Shown here: positions 30,211-39,909 of the stretch, in pieces | Layout of the letters: each line of letters begins with the position of its first letter | Numbering within the stretch: the first letter of the stretch is position 1 | Origin: Candidatus Latescibacterota bacterium | GTDB lineage: Bacteria > Latescibacterota > UBA2968 | Direction: 5' to 3' | Assembly: GCA_965214925.1 (NCBI GenBank) | Contig: OZ244028.1 | Span: 709,121 to 773,120 of the forward strand | DNA: 64,000 nucleotides | Notes under the pieces: model-generated | What the model was told of the DNA's origin: nothing | Seen by the model: only the letters and a program-made list of their open reading frames with translations | Database searches by the model: none | Made by a program: the position numbers and the translations under genes

Positions 30211-31065
30211 CTAAGCTGCCACCGCTTCTCTTCCCAAACGCGCTTCGATCCACGCCTTCAAAGGCACGTCTTCGGGCTTGGGCGATGTATAGCCAAATCC
30301 GCCCGAAGGACTCGCCCCCAGCAGTTGTCTGCGAATGGGATCGCTGCGAGCCATAAAGTGATCCACCGTCATATTGTCGCGAGGGCGCAGCCAGCGATAG
30401 CTATATCCGTAAAACAGCGTGCGCCTTGGCCCATGCCAATAGTTGGCGCTGCTCGAATGCCAGATACGCCGATCAAACACAACAGCACCGCCTTTGGGCA
30501 CACAGACTTGCACACCCCCTTCGGGCATTTCCGCGCGGCTTTTGCCCGGAAACGCATTGACCAAATGGGAACCGGGAACCGCGACAAAATTCCCGCGGCC
30601 AGGTTGCGCCGCATCCGTCAAAAAGAACGCGACTTTCAGCGAAATTCTCGGGCGGGGATTGCTCTCAATATCGAGATTGAGGCGGCCACTATCCTGATGA
30701 AACCCCAACCCCGGCCCATCCTTTTCGAGCGATTTTCCAGGGCCAAGCGGAGGCGTCACAATCATGTGAGAATGATAAAGCTGAATATTCCAGTTCAGCA
30801 ACCCCCATACTTTTGGAAAGGTCTTGTACCAATCGAGCAATTCCAAAAACAGATCGTCCCGACCGATAAAATCCAGCATATTGGACCGCGCATCCGGCCC
30901 AATGCCCTCTCGCTTGCGATACGCCCCATCCACCCGATCCACAACCGGAATCAATTCATCCACCAGATCTTCTGGCAACACATCTTCGAGCACGAAAAAT
31001 CCATCGCGCTCAAACTTCAGTCGCTCCTCTTCTGTCACGCAATAATCCAAACATCTCTCGTCCAT
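30211..31065 (-). CDS. phytanoyl-CoA dioxygenase (PhyH) family Fe(II)/2OG oxygenase
   Basis: HQD...H facial triad (GFHQDSG ... VPGSHL ... RRIWHSS). Confidence 0.7.
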   Translation of the reverse strand: MDERCLDYCVTEEERLKFERDGFFVLEDVLPEDLVDELIPVVDRVDGAYRKREGIGPDARSNMLDFIGRDDLFLELLDWYKTFPKVWGLLNWNIQLYHSHMIVTPPLGPGKSLEKDGPGLGFHQDSGRLNLDIESNPRPRISLKVAFFLTDAAQPGRGNFVAVPGSHLVNAFPGKSRAEMPEGGVQVCVPKGGAVVFDRRIWHSSSANYWHGPRRTLFYGYSYRWLRPRDNMTVDHFMARSDPIRRQLLGASPSGGFGYTSPKPEDVPLKAWIEARLGREAVAA

Positions 31066-31188
31066 AACAACGCGCCTCCTCTTTTTAGAACTCCGTGTGA
31101 GAGGGAGAGCCTTCTCCCCACCAGCAAAATTCGCCTCATCGCCGAGGCGGGAAGCCGCTCCTGCATGCTTCCTCCAATATTGCGTCAG

Positions 31189-32082
31189 TTACGCATGCGC
31201 CTCCTTCTCCAATGCGGCCAAACGCGCTTTTTGTTCCATCAGCATCCGCTCTCGTTCGCGGCGGAACTCGGTGTAATACTGCTCTCGTTCACCGGTAATT
31301 CGGTAATCCAATCGCTCGACGCCCAGCGCGTTCAACACGACCTTTTCGACCAAAGAAAAATCATCGGGATTCTCGCGGTTGAAATTCATGGGTTCTTTGA
31401 ACGCAACCGGAGGATTTGTGATGAATCGCGGTCGCCCCGAGGGATTTGGCGCAACAGAGTGCAGCATATACGGATGAATGAGATACACATCGCCCGCATT
31501 CCCGGTCGCTTCGACAAACGCCTCACATCCTTCAATCGTTTTTCCAAACACACCGGGTTCTAGCCCCTCGGGATGATCGTACAGATATTTCGCGACTTTG
31601 GGAATCGAATCCGGCGCGAGATACGTGCCGCCGCTATTTGGCAGCACATCATCCCAAACAACCACGGTCAACAGACCCTGATCTGGACTGTCCAAAAAGT
31701 GCCGAAAGAAATTTCCGTCTTTGTGCCATCCCCCGCGCTTTGCCGATGGAACCCAAGGGTTATCCGCGTCTTTGTTAAAGTTAATGATAAACCCATCCCC
31801 CCACGAAGGGTCTCCTTGAATGCGTTCAGCACCGCCCATCACATCACAGATCCCCTCCCAGGCCTTTGGCGCGAGCTTGGCAACTGCCCGCCGGTTTATC
31901 GACGGCATGTGAACGCGGTCTTCTTTCCAAGTCGCGGGGTCATCCCTGTCATATCCCAACCGCACATACGCCAGATCGAGCCAGTCCTGAATATCCGCCT
32001 TCCCAAAACACCCCGCCAGTTTCACATACCCCTGCGCGACAAAATGCGCTGCCTGTGTGTCTGTCAATACTTTGAATGCCAT
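31189..32082 (-). CDS. PhyH-family Fe(II)/2OG oxygenase
   Basis: WHKDG ... YLIHPYMLHS motifs. 297 aa. Confidence 0.6.
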   Translation of the reverse strand: MAFKVLTDTQAAHFVAQGYVKLAGCFGKADIQDWLDLAYVRLGYDRDDPATWKEDRVHMPSINRRAVAKLAPKAWEGICDVMGGAERIQGDPSWGDGFIINFNKDADNPWVPSAKRGGWHKDGNFFRHFLDSPDQGLLTVVVWDDVLPNSGGTYLAPDSIPKVAKYLYDHPEGLEPGVFGKTIEGCEAFVEATGNAGDVYLIHPYMLHSVAPNPSGRPRFITNPPVAFKEPMNFNRENPDDFSLVEKVVLNALGVERLDYRITGEREQYYTEFRRERERMLMEQKARLAALEKEAHA

Positions 32083-32099
32083 AAAACCTCCTTCGCGAT

Positions 32100-33020
32100 C
32101 TATTTAACGCCCAAGTGCCGAAAAAAGAAGGTCAACATCGCCTCGTTGACCCCGCCCGGCGGTGGCGACCCCGCCTTGGACAAATACAGTCCTGCCTCAA
32201 CGCCCATTTCATCGCACCGTTCTTTGATCGCAATTGCATGCTTGGGATGGTGAACGTAATGACCGCGAGTCTGAGGCATGCCATCCTCATGACTGGAAAA
32301 CAGAAACACGGGGGGATCGTCTTTTGTAATCAACCCACGCATATCCACATCTGCCCGAATTTGTCTGCCCTTTTCGGTCTCAACTTCATCATAACTCGCC
32401 AAGCCATAAAACGTGGGATCATTCGGATAAAATTTTTCAGCAGGCACACCGAGCACAGCCCCCCATTGCAAAACATCGTAGGAAAACTGTCCATTGCGAG
32501 ACCCCGCAGCCACAAGGCGCGATGAGTGACGAAGCACGGGATCCTCGCTGCCAGAATCAGCCAAGTCATCGTGAAATGCCAGCCACAGCGACGTGCCCGC
32601 GCCGGCAGACCCGCCATAAGAAGCGATGCACTCGGGATCGACATGCCACGCTTTGGCGTTGTGTCTGATGAACTGCACCGCTCGCGCAGCATCGCGCAAT
32701 ATATCCTGTATCGGCGCGACCGTTCTGAACCTGTAATTGATCGCCGCAAACGAAACGCCCTTCTCTAAACACGCTTCAACAATCGCATTGTTGCGAATAC
32801 CCGTCTTATCGCCGCTGACAAACCCACCGCCGTGGATATAAATCAGAACGGGGGCTGGCGCGTCTGATGCGGCCTGCCAAAAATCCAGCACATTGCGTTC
32901 GTGTGGTCCATAAGCCACATTTTCAAAGGTGGGCGGCGTTCCTTTTTGCTGAGCATATACACCCGTTGTCGCCGCAGTCAGGATGACAATAATTCCCCAA
33001 AACCATCTCCCGACACACAT
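32100..33020 (-). CDS. secreted alpha/beta-hydrolase esterase/lipase (HGGG + GxSxG)
   Basis: Signal peptide at MCVGRWFWGIIVILTAA. IYIHGGGF oxyanion-hole motif and GGSAGAG nucleophile elbow. The ORF extends to 33179. Confidence 0.7.
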   Translation of the reverse strand: MCVGRWFWGIIVILTAATTGVYAQQKGTPPTFENVAYGPHERNVLDFWQAASDAPAPVLIYIHGGGFVSGDKTGIRNNAIVEACLEKGVSFAAINYRFRTVAPIQDILRDAARAVQFIRHNAKAWHVDPECIASYGGSAGAGTSLWLAFHDDLADSGSEDPVLRHSSRLVAAGSRNGQFSYDVLQWGAVLGVPAEKFYPNDPTFYGLASYDEVETEKGRQIRADVDMRGLITKDDPPVFLFSSHEDGMPQTRGHYVHHPKHAIAIKERCDEMGVEAGLYLSKAGSPPPGGVNEAMLTFFFRHLGVK

Positions 33021-33072
33021 GACCGTCAACCTCCTATTCTTAAAATCTGTTGGAATCCAACCCTCCACGCTT

Positions 33073-33909
33073 CTAAACCTCAACGACCCATGGAACCTGC
33101 TCAGGTGCCACCCCGTGTTCCTTTGCCCAATCCGCGATCGGATACGTATTTGGCCTGGCACGCCAGTTGGGATTGTCACTCAATTTCACATCCAAAAGTT
33201 GCTTTTCAATATCGTCTAAATCCGCGACCACGTCATCATCTAAATTTTCCAGATAAAATCCGTTCCGAATCCAGTTATAACTGTACCCGTAAATGACCAC
33301 TTTGGCCGTGCGGTGGCTCAAGTTCGGTGACTTGGTGTGAAAAATGCGATTCTCAAAAAACAATGCATCTCCCGCTTTGCAAACGGGTTGCACCACCTCG
33401 GGTGGGTCCACTTCTCCTTTTGGAATGCCGAGCGGATTGTTGAGCACATGACTTCTTCTCGCAAACCGCGTCATTCCCGAATCGGGTTTTGGAAAATCTG
33501 TCAGACAATAACACACCTTGATCCCGACACGCGGCTGATGTGCATGCCCGAGTTCCTGTGTAATGCCAATATCTCGATGCCAAGTGCGCGTGGGCTCCGC
33601 AGTTTCGGCATCTTCCGGATCTTTGTAAATAATCGCCGTATTCTGTAAGTGAATATCCGGACTCAAAAGCTGAATCACCAGAGGCACGGTTCGCGAATGT
33701 GCAATCAATGACCGAAATACGGGTTCCTCCACAATCCCCGGCCGAAACTGCTTGTATGCCCTCCCTTTGTCATCATAAGTCGCCATCATCTCATCACACA
33801 CTTCTGTCAACCGCGCAATCTCCTCAGTTCCCAAAAAACGCTTCACCACCAGATACCCTTCCTCATCAAAAAACCGCCGCTGTTCATCACGCAATTTTAC
33901 AAAGTCCAT
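33073..33909 (-). CDS. PhyH-family Fe(II)/2OG oxygenase
   Basis: WHRD ... FHTKSPNLS motifs. The likely start is MDFVKLRDEQ; the ORF extends to 34179. Confidence 0.6.
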   Translation of the reverse strand: MDFVKLRDEQRRFFDEEGYLVVKRFLGTEEIARLTEVCDEMMATYDDKGRAYKQFRPGIVEEPVFRSLIAHSRTVPLVIQLLSPDIHLQNTAIIYKDPEDAETAEPTRTWHRDIGITQELGHAHQPRVGIKVCYCLTDFPKPDSGMTRFARRSHVLNNPLGIPKGEVDPPEVVQPVCKAGDALFFENRIFHTKSPNLSHRTAKVVIYGYSYNWIRNGFYLENLDDDVVADLDDIEKQLLDVKLSDNPNWRARPNTYPIADWAKEHGVAPEQVPWVVEV

Positions 33910-34221
33910 GATGACATCCTCCCACTGGCTTTCATTGCCTTTCAAGCTGCACGCGGCACTTTCTCCTATATCCCTTCCCAAGAGACCTGTGACCAAACAA
34001 CTCAACCTCTTACCCATCACCACAGACACCCAACACTGAGATACGCTCAAATGCAAACGCATCAACGCGGATGAGATGGGGATTCCGGAACCGCCGCACA
34101 CAATCAAATGCCACAACGCAAATTGTGCAACCCCTTTCAAACCCCACACATAAAAAAAACTCGAGTGCCGGAAAAGCACCCGAGTTTTTTGTAATCAACT
34201 TCTGTGTGAAGGATGGCGTCT

Positions 34222-35532
34222 TTACGTCATCAACTTAAACCGCTCGCCTTCCCAACCGGGGAACATCGCACTGTCGTGAGAACGATCAATATTCAGATGC
34301 TTACCGGCCACATCGGCAAACACAGATCGGAAATCAGTCGTCACGGGCAGATCGCGTCGGTCTTCAAGCATATCTTTCACCAACTTCTCGGGCACTGTGC
34401 CGTGAACTTTGCCACCATTGACCTGATTGCCCAGCACAAACAAACACGACCCACGGCCGTGATCCGTGCCCAGCGAACCGTTCTGATGCACTGTGCGGCC
34501 AAATTCGGTCATCGTCATCAGCACCACGTCGTCCTGATGCGTGCCCAGATCTGTCCAAAAGGCCGCTATCGCCTGCGACAATTCTGTGGCTCTATTTGTG
34601 AAAGAACCAGATGTTGTGCCCTGTTGCACATGCGTATCCCAACCGCCTGTCTCGGTAAAGGCAACCTCGAGCCCCACATCCGATTTGATGAGCATGGCAA
34701 TCTGTTGCATCCGACGGCCCAATGCCGTGAGATTGCCCGATGCATTAGTGGGATACTTCGCGCCATTGGCGGGCTTGTAAGTTCTCAAATTCGTTTTCTG
34801 CAACATCTCGATAGCATCAAAGCTCTCATTGCTCACCCGCTGAACCAAGCGTTTGGCACTTCGGGCATACATGGCCTCGAAACCGGACTCGATCTGCTCG
34901 GTGGCTTGCTTATCGTTTGGCACCTGAATGCCAAAGGATCGCAAATCATCGACTGCAATCGAAGGCACATCGCCGTAAAATGCCCGCGGCAATGCTCTGG
35001 TCAGTGCCACGGACCGAAACGGCGTGCCCTCGTGACCGAGCAGGCCCACTGCGCGGTTGAGCCACCCGGACTGCGTGCCTTTCGCAAACGGCGTGCCCGT
35101 CTCCATATAATCTTGGGCGTCAAAGTGCGACCGCGTCTTATTGGGAGAACCAACGCCATGGACAACGGCCAAGCACCCTTCCTTGTACAGAGGGGCCAAA
35201 TCTGCAAATGCGGGATGCAGTGCAAAACGCCCATCCAGATCGGTCAACTTATTGTCCGAATCGCTCATGTTCATAAACAGATTCGGACGCGCCTCGGCGA
35301 GCGCGGGATCGTTAAACGGCGTCACAGCCATCAAACCATCCATGGCACCGCGCTGAAAAATCGTCACCAGCACTTTGCGGCGGCTGTGCGCCAACGGGTT
35401 GTTCGCCGCATCGGCGGCGCGACTCAAAAACAGCGGCGTGCCGCCAAACGACATGGAAAACAATGCCAACCCACTGCCTTTCATAAAGGCCCTTCGCGTC
35501 CATTCCATAACAGCCTCCTTTTTTTGGTTCAA
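34222..35532 (-). CDS. DUF1501-family protein (Tat signal; sulfatase-like fold)
   Basis: TRRAFMKGSGLALFS twin-arginine signal. Pairs with the DUF1800 gene as in Planctomycetes/PVC and FCB genomes. Confidence 0.7.
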   Translation of the reverse strand: MNQKKEAVMEWTRRAFMKGSGLALFSMSFGGTPLFLSRAADAANNPLAHSRRKVLVTIFQRGAMDGLMAVTPFNDPALAEARPNLFMNMSDSDNKLTDLDGRFALHPAFADLAPLYKEGCLAVVHGVGSPNKTRSHFDAQDYMETGTPFAKGTQSGWLNRAVGLLGHEGTPFRSVALTRALPRAFYGDVPSIAVDDLRSFGIQVPNDKQATEQIESGFEAMYARSAKRLVQRVSNESFDAIEMLQKTNLRTYKPANGAKYPTNASGNLTALGRRMQQIAMLIKSDVGLEVAFTETGGWDTHVQQGTTSGSFTNRATELSQAIAAFWTDLGTHQDDVVLMTMTEFGRTVHQNGSLGTDHGRGSCLFVLGNQVNGGKVHGTVPEKLVKDMLEDRRDLPVTTDFRSVFADVAGKHLNIDRSHDSAMFPGWEGERFKLMT

Positions 35533-35538
35533 CTCCGA

Positions 35539-37323
35539 TTAGCGGTATTGAAATTCAGGGGATCCGATCAACAGGCTGACCACCTGAATATCTTTGCGCT
35601 CGGTAGCCTCGGGGATCATGTCTTTGATCTCAGCGGCAATGGCACTCGTATCCTGCGTCGGCAGCAACAACTTGCCATAAACTGCCAATGCCTGATCTGC
35701 GGATTCCCAATCTCTATTTTTGGGCAATCGCTTCAGCACGACCCCATTAATGCGACCTGTGGCCAGATGAATACCAAAGTTCATGCGGGCGATCAGAGTA
35801 CCCGAATTTGTCCACGACTCGGCATAGTCGGGATAACCCGTGGGGGGCACATAGCCGTAAAGCGGTTCGCCCATGCGATCAAACCAGCGCATCATCGGCT
35901 GTGGATTCTTCACATCGGCTTCCAGCGCGCGAAGAGAACTGACCGCCAACTCAAAGGGCGATTTCATCTTGCTGCGCGTTTTGGCCTCGGCCCAAAAGGC
36001 ACGCGATTGCGTCAATGTGCCCATCACCGCGGCCAAATCCCCATTGGTTTTGGCAAATGTTTCGGCCATCTCATCGACCAGATCCTCTGACGGTTCATCG
36101 TTGACAAATCGCCGCGCCAACTTGGTGGAAATAAAACGCGCGGTTGACGGGTGTTCAGATAGCATATCCAAAACGCGCTCGCCTTCTTCCAAGCCGCCAC
36201 CTGCCGGAAATTCTTCACCCAATACCACTTTGGCTTTTGAATCGTGCCACGCCTTGCGGAACAGAAATTCGCCTTGTCGCACGAGATTTTTATTTCCGTT
36301 TGCGATTTGCTTCTCGACATTTTTGCGCCCATTCCCATAAGGCACCACAGCCCATCCGGTCAACACGCGCGCAACCTCGGTGACATCTTGCTGCGTGTAT
36401 CCCCCATCCACGCCCAGCGTGTGCAACTCCATCAATTCGCGGGCATAGTTCTCATTCAACCCGTACTTGCGTTTGGGTCTCGGAGGGGCTTTCGCCTTCG
36501 CAGGGGCCTTTGCCATGCTCTCGCCAGACATCATCCCGCCATCCATTCCCATCTCGCCTTCATCCATGGCCGGCTTTGCTTTTGCCATGGCCTGTTTTGG
36601 CGGAGTCTTTGGCGGGGGGGGAGCCATGCGCGACTGCGCGTTGTCCAAATAATACAACATCGCGGGATGTTTGGCCGTCGTGCCCAAAATCGTGCGGAAT
36701 TTGCCCAGCACATGGGGGCGAATCGCATCGCGTTCATAGGAAAGCACCCGACTGCGCGCCCCGCCATCGCGCGTTGTCACATTAAAGTGATTAAACCAGA
36801 AATCCGTGAGCACTTCGGCGAGTTGGTTTTCACTGTAAACCGCCCGCATCACTTTCTGCCCCCGAAGTTCCTGATTGGAGAGCATACCATAAGGGCGCAA
36901 ACCGTGCTTCTCTCGATACGCTTTCATCTTTTCATTCATCTCTTTGCGAGGCGTGTTCGCCGGATCCAGCACCCCTTCTCTCTTCATCTTATTGCGAAGC
37001 CGCCCATTTTGCAAATAGACTTCACTCATTTCTGCCAGCGTCATTTCCAACGCCGGAAATGCTTTCAGGCGTTTGTCCAACTCGGGATCCGGCAAATTGG
37101 CCGCCAACTGCTGCGCCAACCACTTTTCTGGTCCCATCTTTGCCACTTTTTCCACTTCACCCGGCCGCGGGCCAAAGGCAAAGCGATCCAACAGATACGC
37201 CGCAGCCTGCTCTTTGCTCAACCCTTCTTCCGCATAGGGCAATTTCATCTTGCCGGCATCAGCCGAAGCCCCTGCGAGTAGCGCACCGCAGCACAATACA
37301 ACTACAGCAAAACGCAATATCAT
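35539..37323 (-). CDS. DUF1800-family protein
   Basis: The N-terminal AAYLLDRFAFGPRPGEV motif is typical of DUF1800. It has a signal peptide and sits immediately upstream of DUF1501. Confidence 0.65.
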   Translation of the reverse strand: MILRFAVVVLCCGALLAGASADAGKMKLPYAEEGLSKEQAAAYLLDRFAFGPRPGEVEKVAKMGPEKWLAQQLAANLPDPELDKRLKAFPALEMTLAEMSEVYLQNGRLRNKMKREGVLDPANTPRKEMNEKMKAYREKHGLRPYGMLSNQELRGQKVMRAVYSENQLAEVLTDFWFNHFNVTTRDGGARSRVLSYERDAIRPHVLGKFRTILGTTAKHPAMLYYLDNAQSRMAPPPPKTPPKQAMAKAKPAMDEGEMGMDGGMMSGESMAKAPAKAKAPPRPKRKYGLNENYARELMELHTLGVDGGYTQQDVTEVARVLTGWAVVPYGNGRKNVEKQIANGNKNLVRQGEFLFRKAWHDSKAKVVLGEEFPAGGGLEEGERVLDMLSEHPSTARFISTKLARRFVNDEPSEDLVDEMAETFAKTNGDLAAVMGTLTQSRAFWAEAKTRSKMKSPFELAVSSLRALEADVKNPQPMMRWFDRMGEPLYGYVPPTGYPDYAESWTNSGTLIARMNFGIHLATGRINGVVLKRLPKNRDWESADQALAVYGKLLLPTQDTSAIAAEIKDMIPEATERKDIQVVSLLIGSPEFQYR

Positions 37324-37419
37324 TGCGAACCTCCTTGAAAAGTTCCCCGTGGGAACGGCCTCTGGAAATTAATTCTTTTAATATAAATCATAATACCCTA
37401 CCAAGCAACTCAAAAATGT

Positions 37420-38742
37420 TTAGAACAAATCGGCTGGAACGGGCCTAACGACAATTGAGTCAGCCCCAAAGCCCTCCAGTTCCTGGGGATTCAAAGGGGC
37501 TTGCTTATACTCTAGAACATAAGACCCGCCACCTTGCGTCAGATTTACCGTCAAAATATCCCCCTCCTTGCTAAACTGGACATCAGAGTCCGATACATAC
37601 GTCAGGCTCATCCCATCCGCCGATGACCCGCGCAGGGTACCTGTCAGCACCGGCACGCCATTCTGAATCACATAGCCGGCACGTCTGTTGAAGAACCGAG
37701 ATTCATCCGCGTGCGTGGAAAACTCAAGGGGGGTGCTGAACGTGATTTCCACCAACCCATCTTCGATGATCACGCCATTTTCGATCAGAGGATCCACCAC
37801 GCCAGCGGCCGGCTCGTGTCCAGAAGGCATGCGGTGACGAGGGCTACGCCGCTCCAGAATCGGCGTCCACTGCACATCCAGTGCAGCCGGAATACTCGGA
37901 AATGGCGCATCAGGATCCATCCATGTGCCATTGAGGTGTGCATCTTGCAATGCCCATGTGCCAGAATACGGTGGCGAATGGGCATCCAGTTCGGCAACCA
38001 CATCAGCCGGGGGGGCATAAGCAGCATAGCGTATGCCCTGACCGTCCTCTACCCACATGGTCATGCGATGGGGCCGAGGGTCTTCCCAGGGCCATGGACT
38101 ATTAAAATAAATCGCGGTTCGGTTGTTGCGATTTTGAAACGAGCGGTTGTCCGGCTTCTGATCATTGGCTATCGAAATGCGAACGCGGCCATCCCCCAGC
38201 ACCGTCACATTGCTATTGGTCTCGGCGTCAGCCAGCACGCGCACCAAGGTATTGGGCTGATTCAATGCCTGCGACGCATTCGGCGGGGCAGCACGCGTCA
38301 GGTTCCCCAAATTGTTGCCATTTTCACCGATCAGCGGCAACCTGGGACCAGCCTGCCAAATATAAAACGCACCGAGTGCCAAGCGGATGCGCTCCACATT
38401 ATTTTGTGCGTACTCAATGCGAAACTGGTCGCGCGTGGCCTGCGCGGTGCGCGAATAATGCCGCACGGTCTTCTCATACACCACCGACGCCATTGGCGGT
38501 GCGGTAAGCGGTGGATTATACACAAATACAACCGTGCCATAATCAGAGGCCGGTGCCGTAAAAATCACATGTCGGGGCGTGCCCTGAGGTGGGTCCGCAA
38601 TGTCTATGGCACCGCCCCCATTCGTCCCAGAGATCAGCCGATAGCTACCGCGCCACTCTTCGGCAGGCTGAACCGGGATGTCTCGGCTACACCCCGTCGC
38701 ACCCAACAGACCAACCAGACAAATTAATAAAAATTTACGCAT
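37420..38742 (-). CDS. lipoprotein of unknown function (LVGLLGATGC lipobox)
   Basis: 440-aa ORF with an AGGAGG Shine-Dalgarno, a signal peptide plus lipobox, and no recognisable domain. Confidence 0.5.
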   Translation of the reverse strand: MRKFLLICLVGLLGATGCSRDIPVQPAEEWRGSYRLISGTNGGGAIDIADPPQGTPRHVIFTAPASDYGTVVFVYNPPLTAPPMASVVYEKTVRHYSRTAQATRDQFRIEYAQNNVERIRLALGAFYIWQAGPRLPLIGENGNNLGNLTRAAPPNASQALNQPNTLVRVLADAETNSNVTVLGDGRVRISIANDQKPDNRSFQNRNNRTAIYFNSPWPWEDPRPHRMTMWVEDGQGIRYAAYAPPADVVAELDAHSPPYSGTWALQDAHLNGTWMDPDAPFPSIPAALDVQWTPILERRSPRHRMPSGHEPAAGVVDPLIENGVIIEDGLVEITFSTPLEFSTHADESRFFNRRAGYVIQNGVPVLTGTLRGSSADGMSLTYVSDSDVQFSKEGDILTVNLTQGGGSYVLEYKQAPLNPQELEGFGADSIVVRPVPADLF

Positions 38743-38831
38743 CTCGTGATTCCTCCTGTTCAGCAGATAGCGGTCAGCGATCAGCTTTTAGCTCCATCAC
38801 CCAATCCTGCCTTGGGGTGGTTGTGCGGGGT

Positions 38832-38862
38832 CTGACCACTAACCACTAATCACTGACCACTG
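38832..38862. repeat. tandem CTGACCACT/CTAACCACT short repeats
   Basis: ctgaccactaaccactaatcactgaccactg. The same unit family occurs at 8984-9033 and 54118-54135 (inverted) and 54340-54372. Confidence 0.5.
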
Positions 38863-38865
38863 ATT

Positions 38866-39906
38866 TTAGAACGTCCCCGAAAGGGTCAAACGCAATGGCC
38901 GCTCCTGGATCTTTCCGCCGATGTCGCTATACGAAACATCCACACTCAACTTGCGCTCTTCGCTCACATTCAAATTCATACCCGCGCCCACGCTCCAACT
39001 CTCCACATCGTAGCGGAACTTGTAACCCGCGCGCAGAGCCAGCATATTTTGTATCCACAACTCACCGCCGATGTGATCGCGCTCCCCATAGTCGCGGTAG
39101 AACACGTGTTCATAAGCACCGGTCAGATAGAGCGGGTCGCCCTCTTTGCCCAGCACTTCCATCGCAAGGGCTAGATTGTAAAAAAACGGCAAGCGATAAT
39201 CTTCGGTCAACACTTCCACATTGCCACCCAAGTTGCTGATGGTCATGCCCACGCGCAAGCTCTTGAAGCCCGTGTAAAAAATGGTGCCAATGTCAAATGT
39301 CGTGGAACTCACATGGGTGACATCGTGAAGTTGTGACCGGGCATATTGCAAGCGAAAACCAAGGGAAAATTTATCGGTCAACTGCTTGGCAAATGACAAC
39401 CCAACAGAAAAATCACCGAGCTCAATATTGCGACCCGTGCCATTGGGCTGCAAGGGCGTGGTCTCTTCCACATCCGGATAGGTGAACGAGCGAATCGCTA
39501 TGCCCACAACCCCCACGGGAATGCGATAGGCAAAACCCGCTGCTCCCAGCCTTGTGCCAACTAGCCACTGATTGTAAGACGCCACATACCCCGCATGGTC
39601 GATATGCACCAACCCGGCTGCATTCTGAAATATCGAGTGAATATCGCGCGACGTGCCCACATTGGCATCGGCCATCCCTGCCAAGCGCGCGGATGCGGAC
39701 AACTTCAAAAGCGTAAAACCACTGCGCGCAATGCGGTTGCCCTTATCGCCTTCCGAGCGAAAATGCCCATCCCCAAACACCGGCTCCAGGTCCTCGGTTT
39801 CGCTCGTGAGGGCTTGTGAATCCTGCGCCATAGCACTTGTAGGGCAGAGAAAAAGCGCGATAGCTGCCATCCAAATCAATCGTTTCATCATTTGCTCCTC
39901 GCTCAT
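38866..39906 (-). CDS. PorV/PorQ-like outer-membrane beta-barrel protein
   Basis: Has a signal peptide and the segment SASARLAGMADANVGTSRDIHSIFQNAAGL, resembling the PorV motif (ALGMGGA...YWNPAGL). Beta-strand-rich with a C-terminal aromatic residue. The start is 3 nt after the upstream gene's stop. Confidence 0.45.
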   Translation of the reverse strand: MSEEQMMKRLIWMAAIALFLCPTSAMAQDSQALTSETEDLEPVFGDGHFRSEGDKGNRIARSGFTLLKLSASARLAGMADANVGTSRDIHSIFQNAAGLVHIDHAGYVASYNQWLVGTRLGAAGFAYRIPVGVVGIAIRSFTYPDVEETTPLQPNGTGRNIELGDFSVGLSFAKQLTDKFSLGFRLQYARSQLHDVTHVSSTTFDIGTIFYTGFKSLRVGMTISNLGGNVEVLTEDYRLPFFYNLALAMEVLGKEGDPLYLTGAYEHVFYRDYGERDHIGGELWIQNMLALRAGYKFRYDVESWSVGAGMNLNVSEERKLSVDVSYSDIGGKIQERPLRLTLSGTF

Positions 39907-39909
39907 TGA

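Noticed and set aside
34213-36090. 625-aa plus-strand ORF antisense to DUF1501/DUF1800 (also 36244-37281, 37711-38727, 39961-40974, 45133-45816, 47613-48455, 52384-53085, 55373-56200, 61066-61701, 30124-31563)
   Set aside because: All are Arg/His/Cys-rich antisense read-throughs of high-GC genes with clear domain evidence on the opposite strand. None has a start context or recognisable motifs.
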